A stretch of DNA of 64,000 bases from Neoechinorhynchus agilis (lineage: Eukaryota > Animalia > Acanthocephala): NCBI GenBank assembly GCA_051530055.1, contig CM121341.1, positions 14,734,784-14,798,783 of the forward strand, written 5' to 3'. Positions 11,683 to 22,167 of the stretch are shown in pieces. Both the position numbers and the translations under genes were made by a program. Positions within the stretch are counted from its first letter, which is position 1. Each line of letters begins with the position of its first letter. The notes beneath the pieces are model-generated. The model worked only from the letters and a program-made list of their open reading frames with translations, did not search any database and had not been told where the DNA came from.

Positions 11683-12716
11683 TTAAACGACAGGGCCTTG
11701 TGTTGTAGTTTGAATTTCAATGTTTTTTCCCGGTGACGTTTGTTGTTCTTGTTCGGAATCCTTATACGACGATTGTTGTTTTTCTTTATTAAGAATTGAG
11801 AATTTGCATTTGTTCATGCCATCGATGGCAGACAGTAGGCAGATTATGGTAGTGACAAAACCGGTCAGAATGGACCATACGAGGATTCCATTAGAATCAG
11901 CTCGGATCATGCAATTTATGAACTTTTCCGATTCAGATTGCATGATTCCTTGGACGTACGATTCGCTGGTCAATGCTGATTTCACTTATCGAATGATGGG
12001 AGATGTAGTTTCGAACCCACTTTGCGGAATCTCCCTTCATTTTCCCGTACACCAACTGACCATGCAACACTCGTGGAGAACCACATGAGTGCTAAAAAAG
12101 CCTGTCCAATAACAAATGCCTGAGGCCATCGTTTATTGAACGATTTGATCGCCCTTGCGTCTATTCGTTCCCCTGATTGGTGTCGTTGCCAAAAGAAAAC
12201 GAAAATGGCACCGGCTGAGAATAACATGCTTAGTACTGCGGTAAAGACGAACATTTGAGCTGATGAACTGGTTCGATCTATTCTCGTGAGTGGGCAGTTT
12301 GGTTTACAGCTCTCGATATGTGTTCGGTGCATTCTATAAGGATATTGATATTGAACAAACGTACCGGCATCTGTGTCGCAGAATATTCCGATGAGAAATG
12401 GTGATCGTGTGCAACATCCTCCACCGACAGCGCAAATAATAGCAACGATGGAAAAAACTAGTTGTTCGATTTTTAAAATATTTTCTTTTGATTTGAGATC
12501 TGACAGAGCGAAGTGCTCGCTACTGAACAGAGGAAATTTTCTTTTCCTCGATTTTTGTTCACTTTCATGCTGCTGGAGAGCACTGTATCGTGCGGAGGAT
12601 GATACCGCCGTGGTGGTTGGCACTATTTCGATCGTAGTGGCAGTTGTTTCTCCTCTTCCTGCGTACAGCTTCGATGAAGGCGAATCTGTAGTTGTTGGTG
12701 ACGGTAACGATGCCAT
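11683..12716 (-). CDS. Synaptophysin/synaptoporin-family MARVEL membrane protein (~325 aa if 11987-12042 is removed)
   Basis: Four TM segments; YQYPYRM, SSSAQMFVFTAV and MWFSTSVAWSVGV match recalled synaptophysin FEYPFRL, SSSAEFFVTVAV and MWLVSSSAWAKGL. The join gives GVREVKSA vs GLSDVKMA. Confidence 0.8.
11987..12042 (-). other. Candidate non-canonical hairpin intron in the synaptophysin-like gene (56 nt)
   Basis: AATGA-A-GGGAGAT / ATCTCCC-A-TCATT inverted repeat; the frameshift is corrected by removing 56 nt. Confidence 0.55.
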
Positions 12717-12912
12717 GTCTGAAATAATCCCTTTCCGAGGGGTGATGGGGAACTCTCCGGAGTGACGATCTAAGCAGGAACGCGTCGTTAGTTTCGTTTT
12801 TGGGTGCGTGTGACTAAGGTTTTGTTGGTTGAGGCGGCGGTGGTGGTGCAGTGTGTGGAGCAAACAGCAGCTGCTTACTCTACTCGTGATATGTTCATTC
12901 CTTTTACAAGAT

Positions 12913-13337
12913 ATGAGATTGATAGACGCCGTTTATAATGCCTTGGATCTTAACAAACCACGCGATGGAGCTTATGAACGACCTTATGCTGGCGGTTTAC
13001 GACCCAAGTTTGTCAATGCCTTTGAGCAAATGGGAGTTCCTATGCACCGCGACAGCTGCTCGTTTCCATCAAACGAGGGCGGGTCCTCGCTGACGGGGTG
13101 CCTAAAAAGTGCAGAGAGTTTCAAAGACAAGCAATCATTTGTTACTCCCTCGTTGGAAAGTTCCAAGGACATAAACTATGCAAGGACGAAACAGACGATC
13201 TTGAAGAGTGCGTGTTCGCTTCTAAGCAAAGGAAACGAGATATTTTCATCAAGGAATTCCGCATAAAGAACAAACTCGGATATATGGATACTCCACCTTA
13301 TGATTTCTATCATCCGCACCAATGGACCCAGAGGTAA
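12913..13337 (+). CDS. NDUFS5: Complex I 15-kDa twin-CX9C subunit, NDUFS5-like (120 aa if 13043-13104 is removed)
   Basis: CREFQRQAIIC...G..K.CKDETDDLEECV...KQ..R and C-terminal TPP match the invertebrate ND-15/NDUFS5 pattern; spliced length of 363 nt is divisible by 3. Confidence 0.7.
13043..13104 (+). other. Candidate non-canonical hairpin intron in the NDUFS5-like gene (62 nt)
   Basis: GGAGTTCCTA / GGGGTGCCTA direct repeat (both encode GVP); GCACC/GGTGC, CAGC/GCTG and CTCGTTT/AAACGAG nested stems. Confidence 0.6.
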
Positions 13338-14739
13338 ATTAGTCGGGTAACGAATAAAGGAATTTGATAGATGAAGAAAATTCTTAGTTAACATAGTTTT
13401 TGCTGAAGAAATCCTTATTGAATTTTTAGAGTGAATGAAGAGAATCGGACGGTTGTCGTTGTCCCATTTTGACAGTCTGTCTAATTGAAGATCATCGAAA
13501 TAACAAAAAGTAGTCTAGCCAGGATTCGTCATTGACTTTCCTCGGACACAAAGGTTCTTAAAACTCGTTTTGCGGCACCATTCCGAGTTCACAAAAAGTA
13601 AAGTGAATTCTACAACCAAAGGAGAATAGCGTGAATTTAGCTGTATTCTTTGAGGCTGTGACCTTTTGTACAACTCCTTTGCTTTAGAATTCACAAACTT
13701 ACCAAAGAACCGTTTGTGTATGTATTAGTCGCGGTGTGCAGAAATGTAGAATGGAGAGGCGTAGTAGAGAGCACCTGCGGTAGTCGGAATTTCGATTTCG
13801 TTGGACGAAGACCGTGTCTCCCGTCCATGTAGTCCTTTTTACACGACAATGGTATCGTTAATTGACACTTTAATGGCAATTCGTTCTACTTTCGACGGGT
13901 TATTAAACGGACATTCGATGTTAGACATTAATTTCCTAAGTGGTGCCGGTGGTGTTTTCAAGAGTCTCTTTTCGCTAGAGGTCAGAAGCTTCTCCTCAGG
14001 AAATGCCGTCTCTGGCATTTCTTGAGGAGGAAAACGAATATTAAAATTATTATTGAGATTGGTGTAGGTTCTACGCTGCTGAATTTGACCCGAAGGAATA
14101 GTAGGAGTCTTTTTTAGTCTTAAAAAATAAAAGTTCCAGGAAATTTCAAATCATGTTTTTTTACGAAAAAGCAACAATTTTCGCAATAAATCATTATAAG
14201 AGTCGCTTTTTGAGCCCTCAGTACAGTTCCTTTGTAGAACTTCAAACAAAATTTGATCTATAAACTGCATTTTGCCTTTTGAAACAAATTCAACGGAGAA
14301 AAAATGTTACGTTTACAAAAGAATCAATTAACTTATGAAATCTTTTGTGCGGATAAAGTTTTTTCCTGGTAGAATACATTTTTTGGGAAAAGGAAATATA
14401 CAATTCCGGGAAAAGTAGAAGTGCGTTAATTTTTAAGAATTTGAGATTCGCTCTTTAACACGAGATCGGGTTGGAAATGCTTTCTAATAAACGATTTCAC
14501 GTTCATTAACGAAGTTTAAATGCAGCTTTTCGATTAGATGGACGTGGTTTAGAAAAACTAAACGAGCAAAAATGCATTTGTAAGACATTGAGCGATTTGC
14601 AAACCGTTGAAACGGTTACTTCTTTGTTTTTAAAACTACTTTTATATGGCGGAAATTTAAAAGATTTTATTGATTCCGATATTTCGGTACAGTCTTGTTG
14701 TGCCTTTATAAAGATTGCTTGTAAATTACCTTGATAGCG

Positions 14740-14825
14740 GCACAAGATTGTGCCGAAATATTGGAATCAATAAATTCTTAATTTTTACGCCAGATACAAA
14801 CATGAACAATTCAATCTTCAAACAT
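14740..14825 (+). repeat. Third partial copy of a dispersed ~90-bp repeat also at ~6675-6775 and ~11009-11109
   Basis: CCTTGATA-CGGCA..ATTGTGCCGAAATATTGGAA...TTTTACGCCAGATACAAACATGAACAATTCAATCTTCAAACA shared. Confidence 0.75.
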
Positions 14826-16842
14826 TATTAAAAATTTAAAAATCAAAGTTGATGATGAAAATTAGGCGATTTTAAGACTATAAGTGAGACTTGAGTATTT
14901 TAAAAGCCCAATGATAGTCGAATGGTCCTAAAATTAAGAGCAAATAATCAACTTCATTAACAAATAAACCAGAAATCAAACAGTTTGGAGAATGTTCATT
15001 AGGACAAATCGAGAAAAAAAGCACTACTGATGAAATGTTAGTTTAAAGGCATGACAACAAGGCTCTTGTTTGGCAAGAGGATGCTGTTTAAATTAAAAGT
15101 TAGGTTATAGAATAGATGTTCTGTTTTCGTCTAATTTCTTTTCCATCATAACTGACACTTTTATAACGAAAATCCAGTGCTAAAAATGATGAGCATTGAT
15201 TTTGAAACAATGCAACAATGAAGCACAAATCGTATTATGCAAAATGGTCTAGCTTTTTGAGCGGCAACATTGTCTATTTTATAACGAAAATCTAGCACTA
15301 AAAATGACGAACAGCGACATAGAAACGTGCGCTAAGTCTTAAAAGCGGACAAGTGAAACTCGTAAGGTACACGGATTGAGCGAACGATTTTCATATACAA
15401 AAAGCGAAATTCAAGCCGGTTAAAACATTGGCTATAATTTAGGATCTTAAAACATTATTGCCTTTAGAACAGCTTCGTTTCGATTGTAATGAAATTAAAA
15501 AAAACCTCGAATTTTAGGACGCGTCGGTGTTAAACGCGTTCTTTTGTTCACGGGTGAGAAAATTCATTAAAAACGAAAGATACTGAAACAGCGTTCCGTT
15601 GATTAGAATTGCATTTTGGCATTAGGGTTTGACTATGGATTCATTTTGGAGAAGAAAAACGAGGGACATTTCCGAAAGTAGTCCTCAAATTCAATTTATT
15701 CGTGAAAAATAACCTAGTTTTATGTGTGCTTTTAACAGAATTTTTCAGTAGAAGCGAAATCGATTCAGCGAGTTGTTCCCTACTAAATAAAATTTATATC
15801 TCCCAGAATGGAAAAGTAAGCTTGCAGTTTTGTTTCAAAAGAAAAACGTCCATTATTTTTACTTTTCCGACCTGAACAATTTGTTAAATTTCGTCGATTG
15901 TAGTCTCAATGGGAAATGAATGGGCGTTAGTCACGTCTTTTAAGTCACGCAACAAAGTGTCTCCTGAGACCTCGAAAATACAATGTTTTTTATGAGTTCA
16001 GTATCAAAGTGCGCAAGCTGGTGCGTTGGGACTGTTACCAATATTTAGTTCGAATTGGATATCAACAAAACCGATTTTTCCAATCAATAAAGTGATTAAA
16101 ACTTCAAATCCGATATGATCGACTTTAGAGCGCGTCTTTTCCGATTCAAGTAGAACGTTGTAGGCTGTTCGAACGTCTTAAAGGAAAAGAAGATGGGTTC
16201 ACAATCTCTACGAACGAAGATCGGTGAACCCGCCATCTGCTGAAACTAGATGGCTTCGGGAAGGTTATATCCATTCCAATTGTTAAGTTTGTGTTATTTT
16301 CATGTCATCAATCACTTTCTTTTTTCAAAATTGGCCAAAGACTTGCATCATAAAAAGATTAATCTTCGGGACAGAGAAAATCCTTCAGTCATGCTTACCC
16401 GAGCCATACAAAAAACTAAAACCTTTTGAGACTGATTCCACTTTATCACTCGGGGGTTTATGATCACCACAACTCCCATAAAAGGATTAGTAAAATTAAG
16501 TGAAAATAATTTCGTGATTAGACACAGCCAAGTTTTTTATATGAGTGAAATGCGGTGCAAGCGTTATAAGTTCTTATGTTCAACTGAATCAATAGCATGG
16601 TTTTTGACGATTTAACTTCTAAAATCACGACTGAGATATACAATCGGAAATCCGTGCATCTCTAAAAAAACCCTTTTAGAATTAGCCTTCAAAAATGAGC
16701 ACTATTCGCTCTGATCTGAGATGAACAAAATCGATTAGAGAGAGAAAATATCTGAATTATCCTTCAAATGAATTCAATTAGCCCCTATATACGTCCTCTT
16801 TTTTTAATTTTATAAAAAATCTTTCTTTTGGTAGTCTCGTTA

Positions 16843-17027
16843 CCCCGTCGGATTTAATTTCACTAATTTATTTCTGATATTTCACATCGGATAATTATGA
16901 CATTTCACCATGGCTTTTCATTGCTTGAACGAATAAAACGCTTAAACAATGACAAACCCGGATGAAATGTCATAATTATCCGACGTGAAATATCAGAAAT
17001 AAATTAGTGAATTTAAATCCGGCGGGG
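16843..17027. mobile_element. MITE with ~65-bp near-perfect TIRs (185 bp)
   Basis: CCCCGTCGGATTTAATTTCACTAATTTATTTCTGATATTTCACATCGGATAATTATGACATTTCA and its inverted complement; TA on the left flank. Confidence 0.85.
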
Positions 17028-17880
17028 AGGCGAAACTCTCGTCGATTGTTCATAAATCAAACTTAATAAATATTGAACGTTCAAATTACACGTTCGAAAG
17101 GGAAAAAATCGTATTTCTTCCAAAAAAATTGCATTGAACACTTTAAAGTTTTTGTTTGCAATGAATATAAATAAAAACCGAGAATAACGACAAACTTTTT
17201 TCTTCGTCTTTGTTCGATACTCGTTATACGCGTTTTTGTACAATGCACTTGCGTACTGGGGGCAAACGTCAGTTACGAGTCGAGTTTTAAAAAATCGAGT
17301 CCTACTTGTGTGAGAGAAAAAACGATATTCGTTTAAAGTATAATTTGCAAAAATAAATTGTACCATCGAGAGAGAGAGAAAATCCTTTGAGATGATGGAG
17401 ATGTGCCGTGATTATAATTGGCCCCCTCCCGGATAAAACGTGTTTTATTGAAAGATTTCGAAAGAAGCCTTGCCTCGTCAGTCATTGCAAGAGATTTTTC
17501 GCAATGAGAGTTTGATGCGAGGCTTCAATAAATTAGATGTATTCATTAAAAAAAATAAGATTTTTCGCCTAGATCGCGAATTCTAAAGTCATTAGAGATC
17601 ATATAATGACCGCCTTTGAACAACGTTCAAAAAGTAGAGACATAATTGCTTATACCGTTGGGAATCGTCCTGCGATTTGAACAATCGCACACTCACGCGC
17701 GCGCGTTCACAAACTCACGTTCATTCGAGCGCAGACAGTCATTGATTTTGATGGCGCGGAACATGGTGATGGCGGATTCGGCACGGTGTTTGTGGTTTGC
17801 ATTTTATGTATAGATGCACTCGCACGGGATGTTCTCAACAAATCAGAAGAAATATGACTGCCTGTGAGTTGTGTAATAGC

Positions 17881-20348
17881 TCATTGGGACAACCGGACGA
17901 CCGGAGGTGAATCATTGATGACATCGGGAGTCGGTTGTCGATTGGCCAAGCGGGCTGACGTTGTTGAAGGTTTTTCTATTCCATTTTCATCTGGACCGCC
18001 ACTGGAAAGATTCTTTGCTCCATAAGCCCGAAGAAGTTCGACTATATCCTGACGGTTTTGTGCATTTGCAAGTTCCAATGCGTTGGCTTGTTGGCCATCG
18101 ATTGAAAACGATTGATTCACATCGGCACCTTTTTCTACAAGATAGCGAACGATATCAATATGGCCCATTGTAGTTGCGATGTGGATGCACGAGAGACCAC
18201 TACGTTCCGTTGAATTCACATCGGCGCCGTGATCGACCAAATATTGAACAATATCCAGATATCCTTTGGCACAAGCACAAAACAAAGGCGTACGCCCACT
18301 TGTTTCTCCCGTTCCCTGGATTTCATAATTAGGATCGAGTCCCCTTTCGACCAAAAGTTTAAGAACTTCAAAGGATCCACTTTCTGCAGCCACAATAAGG
18401 CAATTGATTTTCCCTCCGTACAGGTTAAAAGTTTCCACGTCATACCGAGCACCGTGTTCAATGAGAAGTTTTGCCATCTCCAAATTATTGTGCTGGCAAA
18501 TCGCAAGGAACGGTGTTGATCCACGTTCATTCGGCAAATTCGGATCAGCTCCTGTTCTCGATTCTTTTAAAAGAGCCACAATAATCGATTCAAAGTTCTT
18601 CATACATGCCACCAACAACGGAGTTTGTCCTTCGATCTTCAGTTCCTTTGCGAATTTTCCCTGAGGAGCGGTGTCTACATTTGCATTGTAGGACAAGAGA
18701 CACCTGACAACGTCGAGTTTCCCTTCCTCAACCGCCGTGTATAATGGTGTAACTCCAGTGATTGTCTGACGATTAATATCGGCACCAGACTCAATCAAGA
18801 ACGCACACACCTCAACGTAGCCCTTCTTCGCAGCTCCGAAAAGCGGAGTTTGACCCGCTAACAAATGCTGTTCGGCCAAGTGACCACTCGGACTGATATC
18901 CACATCGGCACCTGCTCTTACTAGCATCTTAACCAGCTCGATACTCCCGTTCTCCGCACACAACAGCAAAGGACTAACGCCGTAACGATTTTGAACGTTC
19001 ACATTAGCTCCTTTTGATACCAAAAACTGGACAATGTTCACTCGTTCTTTCAATGTAGCCATGAACAATGGAGTTTGTCCAGTTATATTGAGTCGATCGG
19101 CCTCAGGACCGGAAGGAGCGAAATCAAGGGCTGCTCCACGCTCTACGAAATACTTTATCATCTCAATATCGGCCACTTCACTCGCCAATAGAAACGGCGT
19201 TGATCCTAACTTTGTAACAGAGTTCGGGTTCGCACCGTGCTGAAGGAGAATTCGGGCCACCGAAAATCGCCGGCTTTTCATAGCCACGTAAAGTGGAGTC
19301 CATCCTGCTATGTTCCGTTCATCCGCCTCCTTACCAAACGGAGCGGCTTCAGGATCACCTCTGTGTTCGAGAAGAAGACGAACGACTCCCTCGAAGCCAC
19401 GCTGACTTGGTATCCACAGAACACTAACGCCGTAGTGATTAATGGCGTTCGGATTGGCGCCCTTGGACAACAAATACTGGACAATGTCTACAAAGGCGAA
19501 TTCCAATTGTAAAAAAAGGGCACGCATAAACGGATTTAAGTGCCTTATGGGTCATTAAAAAATAAATATTGCACTAGTATACGTTGTACAAAAAATCTAA
19601 GAAGCTCGCGAAGAAGTATAATTAGAAATAAAATTTAAACTTTTGGAATTCGCCGATTTAAATGTCCCTCTTTAGCCGCACAGAAGAGCGGTGTTTGTCC
19701 TGATAAATTCATAGCTAGTGCAGCTTCCCCTGACGGGGCTAATTCCAAATCAGCGTTTCCCTTCTCCACTAATAGTTTTACACAATCTGTGTATCCTTGT
19801 TCGGCAGCTAGCATCAAAGCACTGATTCCACTCGCATTTTGGTGGTTAGCCCTTGCTCCGTGTTTGAGTAGAAGCTCAACGCAATCCGGATGATTGTACT
19901 TTGTAGCGCCAATAAGTGGTGTGGATCCGGCTATTTTTGCACTCTCGGCCCTTTTCCCCGTTGGAGATGCATTGACATCAGCTCCTCGCTGAAGCAGTGT
20001 TCCGAGAACATCCGCCCAGCCGACTTCTGCCACCATGAGCAGGGCCGTGATTCCGGAAGTAGAGCACTTATTGACGTCCACTTCAGGCATTTCAGCCAAT
20101 ACTTCAGTCAAATCCTTATGCTTTTTCCCAGCGGCGATGCTAAGGGCAGTAAGTCCGTCTGCTTCGACGTACCCTGCGTTGAGGAGTTCTTTTCTGGCTC
20201 CCACACTGGCCTTGTATTTATCGAGTTCTCGAATTAGACTATGTAGCTTGGATACATCGCCTGAACCAGCAACCAAGAAAAGGTCATGTGAGTATCGATC
20301 AACAAGTGCCTCGGTCGTTGAGACGGCTTTACTTCTCGTGCATCCCAT
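17881..20348 (-). CDS. Multi-ankyrin-repeat protein with N-terminal MGC lipidation motif (~765 aa if 19489-19658 is removed)
   Basis: Many G-TPL..A...G...IV..LL..GAD.N repeats; N-terminus MGCTRSK. The join restores TPLFCAAKEGHL|DIVQYLL, matching the internal repeat CAKGYLDIVQYLV. Confidence 0.92.
19489..19658 (-). other. Candidate non-canonical hairpin intron in the ankyrin gene (170 nt)
   Basis: Perfect 12-bp inverted repeat GGCGAATTCCAA (19495-19506 / 19643-19654); TA at both junctions. Confidence 0.7.
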
Positions 20349-22008
20349 TTTTTTCCTTTAATTTTTCGATGAGTGCTGTACAATGAGAAGAAAGGAGGGA
20401 GCACGTGAGATTTGTGTTTGTGAGTTAGAGAACGTCTCTTATGTGCATGATAAATAGGAGGTTGGAGAAGTGACTCAAAATAAAAGCTCACCTTTTGATT
20501 GGAAGATAATGTGTGCGGATGATAATCTGAAAAAAATGACCTTTGGACGGAGAATAAAACGAACGACAGACCTTTTAAAAAGATATTAGGACGAAATGCA
20601 ATTTATCTTCTTTTTTTATTGATTCCGATATTTAAATTGTTTTACTGAAATATCGGATTTGATGAATTCTTCAAACACAAACGAAATTAGATAAAAAAAT
20701 CAGCTACTTCTCTTTATAAAAAAACAGAATCGAGAAAGTATCGTTCAAATGCACCAAAACTCTAGACTAAGTGCGCAGCATTCTCAGGCATCTGCCAAAG
20801 CAGTCTCGACTCTCTCCTGCGCTTACAGATGTTTCGAGTTAGCCGTCGGCAGCCACGAGATCTTCTCAGTTGCGAGTGCGTGAATTGAGACGCGCAGCAT
20901 TGTCACTACCTTTTTGCTCGGCGAGGGGCGTCGCGAGACGCGCGTGTGCAGGGGTCGTACAAAGTAGACGCTCTCTCGCTCGAAATGACGTCAGGTGAAT
21001 GTGTGGAGCGCGATTGAACGCCTATATCAAAATGTCGCAAACAATGAGTTTTTTCTGATGGAGAGAAAGGAACACAAAACGCGTCCGGATTTTTCATAAA
21101 CTCAATGGGAAAAACGAACGAAGAGTTCGCATAGACCAAAATTTCAGAGGAAAAAGCACAATATATACACAAATCTAAAATGCTTTTCTGTTCATCAAAC
21201 ACCGCAATATTCGGTCGTACGCTGGAAGAATTAGTCTAAATTTACGCCATCTCTTACGTCATCAAATAAAAAACGTTACTTACCTGAGGGACATTTTTTC
21301 GTAAATTTACTCACGATTTAATCATTTTAAAATAAATTGTAGATTCTTCAAAAAAAAATCAGAAAAAACGAGTTCTTTTTTTCACTCTTTTTTGTTGACG
21401 ATGTCGTCGCATTTTGAAAAAATAGTCACTTTCAAACCTTCGTTTAGTCATTGAACGTATTTTTCTTTTAATTAAATTTTTCTAGGTGGAAAAAGGTAAA
21501 ATATATTGAACAAAATGGTTTTAATGTTTTTCAAGAGAGACAAAAAGATTGCTCTCAGTGTAAGTTTCGTCGCTTTCGACTATAAGAAGGCTGCAGCACC
21601 TTGCAAAAAGTTGTTGTAGTTTTGTAGGCTTTTAGAACTGAATTGGTCACATTAGCAACTTAGAATCGATTTTCAAAATGACACACTTCACTACCCAACA
21701 TTACCATTGCTCTCTCGATAAAGAAATTCGAGAGCCTGATAATAGTTTATAGCCTACTTTTACGACTTCATCCATGAAGACTGAAAATTGGTAGATGGAT
21801 GTTGTCGATTTTAACGTAAACAGTTAACAATATGATAATTTGGTACATCAGGATTTTTGGAACAGAAAACTAACAAAAAGGCTTGCTGGAGGCGTGGCGG
21901 ATAAAACATATTCACCACATCCCCAACTCTATCATCCCGAAGGATTTTCTCTCGCTCTTTCGATGATTAATCCTTTTATGAGGCGAGTCTTTGTACAATT
22001 TTGAAAAG

Positions 22009-22167
22009 TTTTGACTTGTGGTGAAAATAATCCCGGTTAAAAATCATTTTATTGTTCTGAAACATTTCGCGAGGAAACCCCGCCTTATCAATCGCTGCTC
22101 GTAAGTTTTTAAATATGTAAGCTCGTGTATGATTTTTAACCGGGATTATCTTCACCACAAGTCAAAA
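22009..22167. mobile_element. MITE-like fold-back element with 39-bp arms
   Basis: TTTTGACTTGTGGTGAAAATAATCCCGGTTAAAAATCAT (22009-22047) inverted at 22129-22167 with one mismatch. Confidence 0.75.

Larger units (their letters stand above)
3332..11977. repeat. Tandem direct segmental duplication: unit 1 3332-7643, unit 2 7645-11977
   Basis: Line-by-line identity at offset 4313, rising to 4334 after an extra 21-bp TTCATTTTTGACCAACACAAA copy in unit 2; scattered substitutions (e.g. PHI/PDI, DHL/DNL, CAER/CADR in XPD). Confidence 0.97.

Noticed and set aside
12005-12020. GTTTCGAACCC resembling a tRNA T-loop
   Set aside because: No cloverleaf; it lies inside the synaptophysin insert.
13690-14030. 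Minus-strand ORF pair with TGGACG-GAGAC/GTCTT-CGTCCA hairpin as a sixth hairpin intron
   Set aside because: No homology to fix the frame, and a canonical GT-AG path (AAA|GTGTCA...CCGCAG|GTG) spans the hairpin.
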